In this document: piece by piece, positions 47,263-61,336 of the stretch
Numbering within the stretch: position 1 is the stretch's first letter
Layout of the letters: each line of letters opens with the position of its first letter
Assembly (NCBI GenBank): GCA_964188305.1
Contig: OZ076885.1
Length of the DNA stretch: 64,000 nt
Reading direction: 5' to 3' (one strand)
From: Podarcis bocagei
Lineage: Eukaryota
Translations under genes and position numbers: made by a program
The notes under the pieces: generated by a model
What the model was told of the DNA's origin: nothing
The model's input: the letters and a program-made list of their open reading frames with translations, nothing else
Database searches by the model: none

Positions 47263-48185
47263 TGCTGTACTCTTTCTGCTTCTTATAGTCATCATGCTAC
47301 AGCTGTGACTGTAAGAACTCAAGAGCTTGCTGGATTAGATCAGGGGTCCATCTATCCCCTGCTGTGGTCACAATCAGAACCAGACCACACACCCCATGCT
47401 TGCTACTCACAATGGGAGGAAAGTGGCAGTAAGAGCTTCTCCTCCTGGGGAATGGAAGGGCTACGGGATGGGATTCCAACTGGGTCCATGGAAGGTAGAA
47501 AATCCTGACCCCTCTTCACTAGGGTCCTTTCCCAGCTCACCCTCATGCCTCTCATACTAGTTATTTTTTGTTTTGCTTTTATAAAGAACCACGCACACCA
47601 GGGCTAACCATCTGATTAGTATCATGTCTAGTTGGGCCCAATTTAGCTCAGTTTTCCCACATGCAATGTGATGGTTTGAAACCACGATTCGAAATGAGAA
47701 ACAAGAAAACAGCGTGAGCTGCCGAGATCTGCTCCCTGCTTAATCCCGCTCCAGCTGAAACAGAGCTTAATGCTTCCCTCCTGTACACATCAGCCAAGGG
47801 ATTAAGTCCAGCGGAACACCGGCTACGCACACACTATACCTTCAAAGCTCATTCTAAGAACAATCCCGGCCCCTGCTCAAAGAATTCTGGGCACTGTAAT
47901 TTGCTACAGGTTGCAATGGTAAGACATAAACTACAGTGCCCAGAATTCTTTGAAGGGGGAATGCTTTGGGGGTATAGCCTGCACACAGCAACAGTGGCAC
48001 TTACCCCAAGTAAGCATGCAAAGGATTGCCACTACATGCAGGTGTAACTGCATTTGCCAAGACTCATCTCTTGTTACCTTGCCTCTCCTTTCCCACCCAC
48101 TCCTCGGCTGCCCCCTGCAAAAATGCAGAATGTAACCTACTCAGGGCAGGGACCTGTCTTTTCGTTGGTTGGCATATGGCGGATA

Positions 48186-48527
48186 AAGGTAAAAGGACCC
48201 CTGACCATTAGGTCCAGTCGTGACCGACTCTGGGGTTGGGGCGCTCATCTCGCTTTATTGGCCGAGGGAGCCGGCGTACAGCTTCCGGGCCATGTGGCCA
48301 GCCACTTCTGGTGAAACCAGAGCAGCACACAGAAATGCCGTTTACCTTCCCGCCAGAGTGGTACCTATTTATCTACTTGCACTTTGATGTGCTTTCAGAC
48401 TTGTAGGTTGGCAGGAGCAAGGACCGAGCAACGGGAGCTCACCCCCGTCGCGGGGATTCGAACCGCCAACCTTCTGATCGGTAAGTCCTAGGCTCTGTGG
48501 TTTAACGCACAGTGCCACCTGCGTCCC
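48186..48527 (-). mobile_element. Sauria SINE, near full length
   Basis: Homologous to 18270-18624 with a small internal deletion; imperfect TSD ATATGGCGGATA/ATATGGTGGTTA. Confidence 0.92.
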
Positions 48528-50454
48528 ATATGGTGGTTATGGACAGATAAATAAATAAGTAGCTTCAACATCAATTCACAGCTCACATGGTGTATATAAA
48601 GCATGGATAAAGAGCTGCTATATCAACATGAACAGCCTGCTCCTACGTAGGAATTTTGAACAGCAAATCCCATTGACCTAAACAGGATTTAGGGTTCATC
48701 CATACTTCCGTTCATCCCAATATCCCCCCCCCCCATTTGTCCCGTGATTTCTAGGCACAGGTCCAAGAGGTTATTCTTTTGTCCCACTGCTTTCCCTGTG
48801 AAAAACCGCTGTTTACTGCTGAGTTGGAACAAACAACAATCCGCAGAAAACCCAATTGATGTTTCTTCCAATGCAGCAGTAAATATGGGTCCATGAGCCC
48901 TCACTTCCTGGTAAGCATGCTTAGTTTTGCAGCCTTGGGGTGCTGCCGACAATTACGATGCAACCCAAGGCATGCATTTACTCAGAAGTAAACCCCATTT
49001 CTTCCTTGGAATGTGTGTTTAGGATTGCAACCTTAGACTTCTTAACTCTCCTTGGTTTCAACTGACTGTGGGCTCATCCAAACTTTCTCTTGACCCACAT
49101 TTTGATCTTACTGTGTACCAATTCATTTCCCTGGGCCTGAGAGCTTTTCTTCTTCCATCTATGGCTGTGCCATGCAAAAATCTGATCTTACCCACTAAAT
49201 TGAAGCTCGGTTAAGCAAAGTCTCTCTTCGGATTTCCCACACATCTGATAAGATCCAGTTCAGCAGGTAAAATCAGATTTTCTCAAGGTACAGACGCAGA
49301 ACAATAAGAAAAGCTGTTGGGCTCAGGGGAATTAATCAGTACACAATATGATCAATATACTGATCAAGCAAGTGTGCATGAGCCCTGTGCACAGGTTTGC
49401 AGCCTTGGTCTACTGCTTATCATCAGCTATTCTGACCTAAAGATGGCTTACTATGTAATATTTTATTTTGAACTGCTATCCATGGCGGTACCAAATATAG
49501 TCATTGTTTGCCTTGTTTGTCCCCTTGCAATGAACGCCAAGCATTGTTCTCAGTGTATTGTGAAACCTTGCTACAGACATTGCTCTTTTGTCAAATAGTG
49601 TTATCCAGTGGTGAATTTGAACAAAGACTGCCCAAGGGGAAAATCAATGTGAGAGTTTCATCTCTTAGGTATCAGCTTTCAGGTGGTAAATCGAGCTACC
49701 ATGCAGCTTTGAAAGAGTTTATCTTCACACAGTGAAAAGAAAAGGGAAGTTCAGACAAGGCTCCAAGTACATAGACCCCATGCATTGTGTGTAGGATCAG
49801 AATTGTGCCCTCGCTGCCCACTGGGCATGGCAGTCCTGCCTGACATCCACAAGCTGGGTGCAATGTTTGTACAAGTATAAGAACCTACATGCATAGGTAT
49901 CCTTGGCAGCAATTCTGGAAGCCATTTGCAAAACGTAACATATTAAGTGCTTAACATTATTTTTCTGAAGGTTTGTCTCAGCCTAGTTGCAATGTGAACT
50001 TTATTCTCAAGAGTTTGGGGCAGGGGGTCACTGCCCAATTGCATCCATTCAAAGCTTTTTGCAGAACAGTGTTTCCCAAAGTGAGGCATGCATGCACCAT
50101 GCTAAATGTACATGCAGAGGGGCACAGGAGCTTCTTCTCCTCTTGATTCTTGCATTCCTCCTCCCCCCCCCCATTTTTATGTGTGCCCATTATCCTTTTT
50201 CTCCCATGTTCTTCTGCTGTGTCACCCAAAGTTGCTCAGGACCCTAAGAGTGCTTTAGTGGTTCTGTAGGAGATTGCCTCCTCTGAAAGACGCCTTAACA
50301 CAACATTGCAATACGTACAAAATATCATCCAGTCTCTATTCTGGCCTAACCTCACATTTTTAGGGCAACTTGCTGAGAAAGCTGCAGCAATACTCCTGCA
50401 CCAGCATCTAGACTGGGATCGGTAACTGATGAAAGGGGTGGGGTGTAAATTAAA

Positions 50455-50670
50455 TAAAAATGAAACAGATTCCAAAAACATTTTCCAGTCTGGGCTCCAA
50501 TCCTCCTGTGGGATAGATGTGGCACTTGTCAGGTTCGCAAATAATTTATTTGCTAATGATTTCAGACTGAGGACCGATGGCAGCTGTGGTTACAGCAGAC
50601 CTCACAGCACATTCAATACTATTGAGCATGGGTTGCTGTTTCAGCAGATGAGAGACATTGCAGGGTATGA
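50455..50670 (+). mobile_element. Degenerate L2 reverse-transcriptase fragment
   Basis: ETDSKNIFQSGLQSSCGIDVALV...FNTIEHGLL resembles the L2 RT motif FQSGFRPGxGTETALV...AFDTIDHGILL. Confidence 0.65.
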
Positions 50671-52739
50671 CCACAACTGCCAGTGTCATAGGCACAAGAT
50701 GAGAGTCAATCAGTGGTGATGGATAGCTATTCATCATCCCAGAGATGCTTAAAATGTAGCATCCCTCAGAGATGCAATCTGCAGCTCACTTTGTGAACAA
50801 TAAATATAGGGGCCCCTAAGGAATGTCATGCTAAGAGCAGAGATTCAGTTTGCTGATAATATGCAATTGAACGTTACTTGCCCTGTGAGGAACAGCAGCT
50901 CTTCCTGCTCCAGAGGAAGTGCCTGAACTAAGTAGGACTGCCAGCTGCATAAACAGCTAGGGATCAGGCTAACTGAAAGTTTGCCTTCCTCTTCATTCAT
51001 CTACTTGAACTTTAAAGTCCTCTTCCATGGACCTATTCTGGGTACCCCCTGCCAAACAGTGAGGTCAGTAACTCCTAGGGAGTTGGCCTTTGCAGTAATG
51101 GCACCTGATTTTGAATGAATTTACCTTATTACAGTCACAGACCAGCATAAGCAAAGCATCTAAATAAATAGCATAACAGTGAATGGCACCTTTATTATGG
51201 AAGAGCCTTCCCTGGGAGGCTCACCTGAGAAGGCTGTTGTGGTCTGGAGAACCTTCTGTTTGGGCAGACCTTTTAACCAACTTAGATAATCTGGGCTTCC
51301 ATTTTTCAAAGTCTGTTTTTACTTTGGGTGGTGTGACGAGTTCTGTTTTGTTGTACTTATGTAGTGTGTGTGTGTCCCCCCCACACACCTTGTTTTAACG
51401 GTTGTATGTTTTATTTAATATGCAAAAAGCAAATGCAATATATATTGTGAGCCACCCAGAGAACACCCAGAGAACATACAAATGTCATAAAGAAATAAAA
51501 GTTATATTGACTTCAGGGGAGTTGTATCCAATTACGCTAGCTGCAGTTTTAGCCCAGAATGATGCTATTAATTTAAAAGAACTCCCTGTGCTAACTTTTA
51601 GATCAATCTATGTTAGACACATTGTGATCACCACCAGTGTTCATTAGAGCTCTGTAGTAGTGGTGGTGGTGTGGTCTGCATCTTGTTTATCTATGGCTAA
51701 GTTACAATCCCTTACCGCTTTCCATGAAAAGCCCACAGCAGCATTTGGCAAATGAACCTCTTGGTGCCTCGGCTAGTGGTCCTAGCCTGCCTGAAAGGGC
51801 ACTGTGGAAAACTCTGGGCTTATTAAATTTAATGAGGAGTTCAACCAGTTCCTAAATAATTCACTGCTTATCATCATCAGCTGCTGTGGTAATAAGAGCT
51901 CAGCAAGTCACCACTTCAAGAAACTATGCCAGGCTGCCTCATGTCCAAAACCAACTTACATAAAAGAAAGAAGTCTACAAAGATATTGGATGTTGCTTTA
52001 ACGTATCAACAGGCATCATAAAAGACCAGGATTTCAGTGGATATGTTATTATATACCAACAGAATATTTGGTTTAGATACAGCTATGCTATAAAATTCAT
52101 TTTGGTTTAACAGTCATTCCCTCTCCTAGGTAACCTTGGAAATTGTAGTCTGATAATACGGAAAGAGGCTAAGGATTCCTAACAGAGAATGATGAGCTCC
52201 CACACCTGGCAGTGGCCAAGTTGACAATTAAAGGTAAGCCATAGTCTGAAACAAACCATTGCTCACCTGCCCTCTCTTCCCTATATTGTGCCAGAGGAAT
52301 ACAAGCCAGAGCAGTGGCTTAGTATTACAGAAGAACTAGCGCTTATGGTTTGTTCCCCCAAAACAAACCACAAACGGTGAGCCAAGATCAACAAATTCCC
52401 TCTACCAATACACCATTGTTGCTACTTTGGTAAACTGCTTCAAAATTACACACCTCCAGGCAATTTCTGGTGGAAATTTGAATGCTCTCATTTTAAAAAC
52501 ACAAACACAAAAAAATCGCTGCACATGGAAGTCAACACGTTGGGGATAATGTTCCTCCAACATGTCCACTGTCTATAAGCAGCACATTTTAAAAATGTGT
52601 GAGACCAGCCAGATTTGTGACACACTCACCAAGGTGTATCATGTGCATTTTCTAAACATCTTAATATATTCCAAGCTGGGAAAAGCTATGGATCAAGGTT
52701 ATAATTTAAAAAATGGAATTAAAAGACAAGTCTTTAGCT

Positions 52740-52872
52740 CAGGGGTGGGAATCTGTGGTCATCTGAATGTTGGATTCCAATTCCCATCAGCCCCAGCCAG
52801 TATCCCAGTAGTCAGGAGTGATGGGAGCTGTAGTCCAGGAACATCTGGACAGCACCAGGTTTCTGATACCTA
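52740..52872. mobile_element. Palindromic hAT-derived MITE
   Basis: ggattccaattcccatc...gatgggagctgtagtcc arms. Confidence 0.65.
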
Positions 52873-54088
52873 CTTTGAACTGAGTTAAAAGGTTAGTGTA
52901 GCATTTAGATCAGGGATGGGAAACCTGCAGTCAGCTTCTATCAGCCCCAGCGACCGCAGCCAATGGTCAGAGACAATGACAGCTGGACTTCAGCAACATC
53001 TGTTAGGTGATGGGAGGAAAGTATGATGTCAGCAACTTAATGACTCAATACTTTTACAAAGTACAGAAATGAAACGTATCTTCCTGACTCATAATGAGTA
53101 CTATGAGAAGATTAGGAATTCAATAAGTGATGCCTACTTCTTCTCTTTCTGTTTTCACAATAAGTGAAAACATTCCTCCTCGGTGATCCATAGTGATGTA
53201 AGCCCCTTAGTGTATCTTTCTTACCTAGTGTTTGTGCCAGTTTACCAGACAATGAACTTCCCATCAGTCATATACAACCATGACGTAATGCTACTGTTTA
53301 TACAATTTAATTGGTGTTTCTTCCCCCTAAGAGGAAGTCATCAATAATTTACAGCATGTCCTCTGAGCAATAAGGCGCCATCCCTCAAATCATGAGCAAC
53401 TGGGCATAATAAAATGATCAGAGGAGCTTATAGTTTGGAAAAGGCAGACATTTTTGATCATGAAAGAAAAAGCAACAACTCAAAGTAACTTAAGACTTTT
53501 CTTCAAGTACTGAGGACTAATGATGACACTGTTAAAAGGAAGTTCAGCTTGTGTATAAAAAAATGAGTTGTTTGGGGGGAGTGTTCTGGAAAGCAATTCT
53601 CTCAGAGGGTTATTCAGCTAACACGTTACAGTGCAAGAGAAATAAATTAGTACGAGATAATATGAGCGAGGAGGGGAGTTTGTCATGTTACATGGAATGG
53701 AAAGTTGTCTTATGGATATCACAGCTGGCTTCTATAAACCCTTTGCAAATGTGCCTGGAGTCTACACATATTAAAGGATTGGGTTCCCCCCCTCCTTGAA
53801 ATGGAGAGCTAGTGGCTAGGATTTTTTTTTTTTAAGTATTCCCCAAACTAAAATTTCAGCAGCAAAATTGGACAAGTTTTGCAACTGAAAGGTCTACAAT
53901 TTTAACAAATCTAAAGACTGTACATAATTTTACTTCACTTGTAATATAAGTGATTGAGTGTTATGGAGAAATGTCAAAAGAAGATGAAAATCTCTGTAAT
54001 TTCCCCAATGGTTTCATGCCCTTATAAATGTATCCCACCATGTGGTGCATTGAAGGGGGATGGAAGCACTGTAAACTTATTCATCGAA

Positions 54089-54091
<3 letters not shown>

Positions 54092-54122
<31 letters not shown>
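54092..54122. repeat. (TC)n microsatellite
   Basis: Direct reading. Confidence 0.95.
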
Positions 54123-54124
<2 letters not shown>

Positions 54125-54859
54125 TTCTCTCTCTCATAAGCAATAAATATATGCCCCAGTTATATTACAACAGTTCCACATGGTAGCCTCCCTCCACAAG
54201 TCTCTTACAGCCTGTATCCCATTATGTACACAATATGAAGAGAATACTTTGCGATGGGTAGATATCTACCTTACTGCTGTTTGCCACATTTAATAAAGTG
54301 CCAGCAAAGTGCACTCCAGCACTTGAGAAGGCAAGTTCATAGCATCCTAAATTTAAAGCATTTTTAGGGAAAAGGAAATTTGTAAAAGAAGCAATTAGTT
54401 AAAATAATTGCTTTAATTTTTAGGAAGGGCGGGTGCAACCTGTTGCCAAGTGCCCTCAAAATGGAATAATTTGAGGCAGAGAAGGTATGAAATAAGTAGG
54501 TGCTTAACCTTTCCTCTGTTAGCCATTTTTTGGGGGGGGGATTCTTCTCCCCTCCCCCTAGCCACTTTTGCCCCACTGCAGGGACAAGACCTGGGTCTGG
54601 CAAGAGTAAAGGCAACTTGGTGGAGAAGCTTCACCAGGAAAAGGTGGTTGGCCAGGAAATGATTAAGCACCTTCAAGCTAAGAATGGATGCAGGTCAAAT
54701 GCCCAACCAGTCAGCATCCATTTCTAACAGTGGACAAGGAGATGCCTATGGGAAACTTGAAACAAGCAGGATATAAGTACAACAGCACTCTCCTCACTTG
54801 CAATTCTCAGTATTCAGAGGCTTATTGCCATCCTTAATCTCCCAACACTCAGTTTCATT

Positions 54860-55071
54860 AAAAAAGGTAAAGGGACCCCTGACCATTAGGTCCAGTCGCA
54901 GACGACTCTCTGGGGTTACGGTGCTCATCTCGCTTTACTGGCCGAGGGAGCCGGCGTACAGCTTCCAGGTCATGTGGCCAGCATAACAAAGCCGCTTCTG
55001 GCGAACCAGAGCAGCGCACGGAAACACCGTTTACCTTCCCGCTGGAGCGGTACCTATTTATCTACTTGCAC
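54860..55071 (-). mobile_element. Sauria SINE, 5'-truncated
   Basis: Tail and 3' body match 18270-18480; tRNA head absent. Confidence 0.88.
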
Positions 55072-55089
55072 GGCCCTAAATACTATGAC

Positions 55090-55450
55090 ACATGCGGGAA
55101 AATGTTTCTCTGTCCACTTTCTCGACACCCTGCACAACTGTAAATGCCTCTATCATGTTCCCCCACCCTTTACACGCCCCTTTTGCTAAAATGAAAATTA
55201 TAAATGTTGCAACCTTTTCTCACAGCGGAACAGCTCCAAACCCTCGGTCATTTCAGTTGCTCTTTTCTGCTCATTTCCCAACTCCGCAATATCCTTTTAG
55301 AGGTGAGGCAACCAGAACTGTACACCGTATTCCAAGTGCAGCTGCACCCTAAATATATATACTGGCATTGTGATACTGGCACTTTTATCTTCAGCCCCTT
55401 TTCTAATGACTTCTAGAATGGAATTCACCTCTTTCACAGCTGCCACACAC
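55090..55450 (-). mobile_element. CR1 LINE ORF2 C-terminal remnant
   Basis: - strand CVAAVKEVNSILEVIRKGAEDKSASITMPVY...HLEYGVQFWLPHL*KDIAEL...QKRAT matches the CR1 motif LEYCVQFWSPHLKKDI. CR1 3' UTR-like sequence lies at 54690-54835. Confidence 0.85.
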
Positions 55451-57987
55451 AAGGTCACAGAGTTTTGTTTTGTTTTGAAGCAGATTTTCAAATTGCACCA
55501 ATTTCTCACCAAGACATCCCACCCCAAGAGTCCAACTGCCAGATGCATTAAGGGTGCTCTGAAATCAGCAGAATGCTGGGAATATCTCCACAACAGCTTA
55601 GTGGCTTGAGCAATAAAAGAATTGTGTACATTTGTTTCACAGCAAACTGTGTGGAAAGGCCCTAATAGTGAATTTCCTTTGTCTGGATCTGTTTCACCAC
55701 GCAGAGCTGAATATCAAATGGAAAACAAACAACCACTGAAAATTTACAGAGGCATTTTGCCTCATGACAACAAGCATGTTTTCTGAGCAGCGCTTATTAA
55801 AGGAAAACAAAGGGACAATTTTCATCTCTCAAATGACAGAGGGAAATCATTGTTTCAGCCTACATGTGTAGACCTGGGGCACAAAAGTTTACAAAGCTTG
55901 GTGTTTGTATAATTTCTTATTTCTAGGGGAGTATACCTACTACAGATGCCAACCATCCTTTCGCTTTTTCCAGTCCAGGATATACAAACCCCAAAATGCA
56001 GCGCAGGAAGCAAGTTTCATGGGATTTTGAACTCATACCTTTGAGAACATGATAATGGAGAATAACCAAGCAAATAGGGAGAGGGAAATAATTTCTTCTG
56101 AGAAAGAAGTGACTGCAAAGACAGAAGCGAATGGAGTTAATTAGCAACAGGGGAGTAAAAGCCAAGCTTCAGGTGCAACTATGTGCATGCTTCCACGGCT
56201 TAGGTTAAACAGAACAGCTTTGGGAAAGCTACAACTAAACCCATTTATCACAGCTGATAAAATGGTCTCAGTGGTGTTTAAATGTTGTAATTTCTGAGGC
56301 TGTTTTAATTGGATAGAAAGCCTTGAATTATAAAGTCAGTTGTACAATGGAATCAACAACCAAAACACCAGAAGTCAATAATATATTTACACTCTATCTC
56401 CCTTATCAGACTGATAACATGGGCAGCACACATGCATTTTATAAAGAGAGAGAGAACAAACATTTTACATTTGCAGTGATTGCTCTGTGCATAGTAGAAA
56501 TTAAGGCACCAATGGCCATGGGTAGAGGGGAAAACTAAAGCTGCAGATTTTGTGATAATGATAATAGTAACAAAGACACGAGTGGCCTTCTGTGTGACAG
56601 TTACATCATTGTCCACTTACACAAGGCAACTGGTGTTCCCTCCACATTTGATGTGGCATGGTGCAATTACAAAATTTAATGATATCTGGAGGAACAATGG
56701 GCCATGTATATACTGGTTCTGGCAGATGAAGCATAAACATAATAGAAGGAGGTGATCAACAGTTATGAAATGAATACTAGAGAAGGAAAGTTCCCAATCC
56801 AGTTTGAGGACAGTTGTGTGGACAAAGCCCATAAACGTACGATTTGTACACGTGTAGGCTCTGTGCCAATGAGGTTCTGAATGTACATGGTGGGGTTGGG
56901 TAGGGATGGGGCCAGGAGGTATGAAACAACTTCCTCCATTTATGTATTTACTGCACGTATTCAGTGTACACGCAGAGCTTTAGATAGGTTTTATTTATAT
57001 TAAACTATCAGTGTGAACAAAACAAGGAGCTAGCATGATGCAACCCATAACGCGTCTTAGTAACACCAATATATCATATCAATATAAAAATCACTTTTAA
57101 AGAACATTAATCAGCAGATTTCTAAAAAGAAATATTTGCTGAACTGCCTTGCCCACTCTCTCAAATGTATACGGTATATGTGATGCTAAAGAGAATAGTT
57201 ATCATGGATGAGGATCTCCCAAAATCAAGCAGTCTTACAAGTGCAATCCTATGCATGTCTTGGGCTAGGAATATATGAATACACTCAAATAATACTTTTT
57301 AGACCTATTGACTGCAGTGCTAGGAGAATTACACCAGTCCAAGTGGAAGAATCTGGATTTTTGCCTTGTCCCACAAAGAGACTGAAGCAAAGCTGCAGTG
57401 AAAGCCGCCATCCATTTATCACATTGTACGCTGCTCCCCCTGAGAGGAGAGGCAGAGCAAAAGCAGATCAATAGTAAACATGGAGCAGGGACAGCTAATC
57501 TGCACCCAGAGCGTTGCTGCAAATTAAAAAGAATATGCAATCATCACAGTCCTCTTGCCCCTTGCCATTATTCTATTGGATGATAATTAAAATCCACAGG
57601 CCAAATTCAATCTGAGAATAACTCTATGGATTCCAGGAGAGGTTCAGCAGAGATCAGTTCACCTCGTTATGTTAATTGTTGTGCTGTAAATGAATAGGGC
57701 AGCAGCAGCAGTAGCAACAACAACAAAAGGAGGAGGAGCGAGGAAGCCTCTATGTAACAGCAAAGTTGTTAACTCCTGCCTGCTAGGCACATGGACTAGA
57801 GTGGCTGCTGCCATCCGCCACAACCTTGATGCTTTTGTATTCCATGGAAAGAATCTTCCAGGAGCTCAGGTCATTTACATGCTGAGTTCCCCACACTGGT
57901 ATTTCAGAAAGGCTGCAGTGTTGCTTCACAGCTCTCGGCAAAAGACGTGCAAACCTTTGCCTAATATTAGGCTTCTTTCTGCTATAC

Positions 57988-58123
57988 CAGGCAGAGGCAA
58001 ACTCGACCCTCCAGATGTTTTGGGACTACAACTCCCATCATCCCTGACCACTGGTCCTGTTAGCTAGGGATGATGGGAGTTGTAGTCCCAAAACATCTGG
58101 AGGGCCGAGTTTGCCTATGTCTG
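57988..58123. mobile_element. Intact 136-bp palindromic hAT MITE
   Basis: Near-perfect inverted repeat; perfect 8-bp TSD TGCTATAC at 57980-57987 and 58124-58131. Confidence 0.9.
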
Positions 58124-58513
58124 TGCTATACAGCCACCCATGCAGCTGTGCGTCCTCTTCATTGGATCTACCTCATGCCACATCCTCCAATATATCCTTC
58201 ACCCTGTGTGGTAACAGATGACCACCTTTATTACATATTTTCCCACACCATCAACACTTGATGTATAGCAAAATCACTCTTATTTATATACTCATTATTG
58301 GGGGGGGGTGGAATTATACCCTTCCCACTACCAGGTCTTAAACTTTGGCTTTCGAATCAACATCGAAGAAAATCCAAACTTCAGTCTAAAAATGACACAA
58401 GGCAATGGCAGATCCAGCCACAGCAAAACAGGGAGACAAAAACAGCACAGAGATAAATTTATTTACAACTGGCCAAAGTCTCGAGAAAGAAACTCTTCTG
58501 CTCCTAAAGTGTG

Positions 58514-58640
58514 AGAGGCCATGGTTCAGTGGCAGAGTATTTGCTCTGCATGCAGAAGGTCCCAATCCCAAGCAATTCCAGGAAGGGCTTGGAAGAGAGC
58601 GCAGTCTGAAAGACCCACTAGAGAGTCACAGTCAGTCAGA
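58514..58640 (+). mobile_element. tRNA-derived SINE (Squam3-like)
   Basis: ggccatggttcagtggcagagtatttgctctgcatgcagaaggtccc head; reverse-strand relatives near 5490-5630 and 14720-14810. Confidence 0.6.
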
Positions 58641-58997
58641 GAAGCCCTGCTTTCTGTACTGTTTGTGCCAGCAAACTTTTGAGGGCAGTCAGATTGCTTC
58701 ACTCCCAATCAGTGCCTATCCCGTTGTTTCCTGCTGAAAGCCTTTAACTTTGTACACCACAAATATACTTGTTTATTTTTGGCTTGCTTTTTTTGTACTG
58801 TAGTCCCCTCTGGGACAGCAATAATGTGGTAGCATTGGGGAAGTACTGCAGAACAAAAGGGACCACCAATGCACTATTTTTGTGTTAAGAACATGTTGCA
58901 GAATACACATGAAATAAAACAGCAGTCTGTCTAGATGGGCCCTAAGTTATGTCAGAATTTCTGTGTTGGCTGACCTCAGAAGCCAACAGACCTCAAC

Positions 58998-59041
<44 letters not shown>
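58998..59041. repeat. (TCTA)11 microsatellite
   Basis: Direct reading. Confidence 0.97.
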
Positions 59042-59042
<1 letters not shown>

Positions 59043-59971
59043 TTATTTATTGCCACGGATGTGCATGGAGGACAGGCCCCTGCCCCCAAGGAGTTTACAG
59101 TGCCAAAGAGGAGGTTACAACCTCCTGTTAACCAGCTGGCTGGAGCCTGGAAAGAACGAACAATCCGAATATTCCTTAAATATATAATTATAGAACCTGC
59201 ATTGAAAATATATTTCACAAGTAAGCATGGTTGTATGTTTTTCATGCGCATTAAATGGTCACAGAAGAACCTAGTGCTTGAGACTTACTTGGGTTTGTAG
59301 AGCAGCTTCCCAGAGGAGCTTGAGGCCTTGAAAATGTGTTAATAAGCAACTGTTCTAAAGAACAAAGCCCTCTTGTTTAACAACTGTCCTACTGGTCAGT
59401 GCCTCAGACTTTTGTTGAAGCTTCTCGCAGTGTTGGAGAATTACTGCTTTCTCTGAAGCTGGCATTGATGGAACTGAGGAACCAGAAAGAACAGCAGTGT
59501 ACACACTCCCATTTATTCTGTATCCAGGGCACTCCCACCACTGGTTTGGGAAGTGGTGTACATGCAGCGTTATCCTGTAGCTATCCTGCCATTTCGTATG
59601 AAATATTGCATTCTGATATGTTTTCCCTCAAACCAGCTTTGAGCCAAATGGAGAAAAAGAACACCCTAGCTGCATTTTGAGATGGTAACGTGCCCACAGC
59701 CAACATCACCTGGGATGAAACCTATACCTGCCTAGATGCTACTTCAGGACAAGGCAGCAGACTGCGCAAGTTGTTAAAATGAGCAATGGATGACAACAGC
59801 CTGTTGAGCCATCCCAAGCAAGCCAAATGCAAAGAAAATGGTTACTTTACCTTCAAGCACCTGAATTTCAAAAAAGGAAAAGATTCCCTCCTTAATGTGG
59901 TGGGTTCCAAAAGTCATTAGATTACCACTTCCAAGGATGATGGGAGCTGGAGTCCAACAACAAGTAGAATA

Positions 59972-60213
59972 TAGTGGTAACTCGGGTTACAAACACCTTG
60001 GGTTACAAACACTTTGGGTTACAGACTCCGCTAACCTGGAAGTAGTACCTTGGGTTAAGAACTTTACCTCAGGATGAGAACAGAAATCGCGCGCCGGCGG
60101 CACGGTGGCAGCGGGAGGCCCCATTAACTTAAGTGGTACCTCAGGTTAAGAACGGTTTCAGGTTAAGAACGGACCTCCAGAATGAATTAAGTTCGTAACC
60201 AGAGGTATCACTG
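59972..60213. mobile_element. Tc1/mariner MITE (subfamily B)
   Basis: TA|TAGTGGTAACTCGGGTTAC...AGAGGTATCACTG|TA. Confidence 0.88.
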
Positions 60214-61336
60214 TACACCAGTTTGGGCTGGTATACAACTCAAAACTTCAGTTTGTTTCCGTTTAATTTTTGATCAGTAGATTCCAGAGTAGACACCAAG
60301 ACTCCCAAATGGAAGTTATACCAGATTACAAAACTACCCAACATCCATTTGCCAATTTGGACAATCCATACAGCTGCAGAACAGGGAGGTGGAGCTTGTG
60401 GTCCTCCAAATGCTGTTGTACTCCAGTTCTCATCAGCTGCTGCCAAAATGGTCAATGATCATGGGATGATGGGAGTTGTAGTCCAGCAACATCTAGAGGG
60501 CTACAGGTCCCCCATTATCTGTTCTAGAAAGATCTTAGGTGGTGAAAAATAGTCCCTCCCTGATCTCAGCAGGCAGCAATGGAGACCCTGGGAGGGAAAT
60601 GGCAACAGTTCATAAAATATCTTTCAGATAAGACATAACATGGACCTTACACTATAGAGGTTGATAGGGGAGAACGATAGTCTTTGCATCATGTGTATTT
60701 CTGGGGAAGTAATGGCAGCACCATGCACCAGAATATGTGCTTACCTCACTGCTGGGTGTGGAGGCACTGCAGAAATCTGAGTAAAGATGCATGGAGAATA
60801 GGGACTGATTGGCAGGGTTGTAGAGCAGTGGCTCATCAAGTGTATTTTAGGCCTAAAATTCCCATCAGCCCATGCTGGTTTCCATTCCTGTAGCACAACC
60901 TTCTATGGACAGTGGGAGAGGACAGCCTTTTCAAAATTCTGCTTGTTGTTGGTGTGAATCGCCCAACCTCCAGCTTCTGCACCAGGCAACACCCTGAAAC
61001 ACCTCAGCTGGATTCAGCACTTCCTCCTACTCAGCGAGGGGTAGCACCTTGCAGGCCACGGGCTATAGATCCTCCTTCACAGTGGGTGGCACCCCATGCC
61101 TAGCAAATCAGGCAGTTCTTAGCGGGGAAACAGTGTTGCTAAGGGACAGCTGTGGAAGTAGCAGATGCTTAATGAGAGCATATGAGGGCTAACAGAAGGC
61201 CAGCCTGGTGGCAACCACGTGGATGCTTCGTGGGTGAAGAGCAGTTTGTTCTGTTTTGCAAAATAACCGAACTGAGGTACAGGTGATGAAGGGATGCATT
61301 TCTCCCTAACATGTGAAGATTCTACGTACCCAACTA

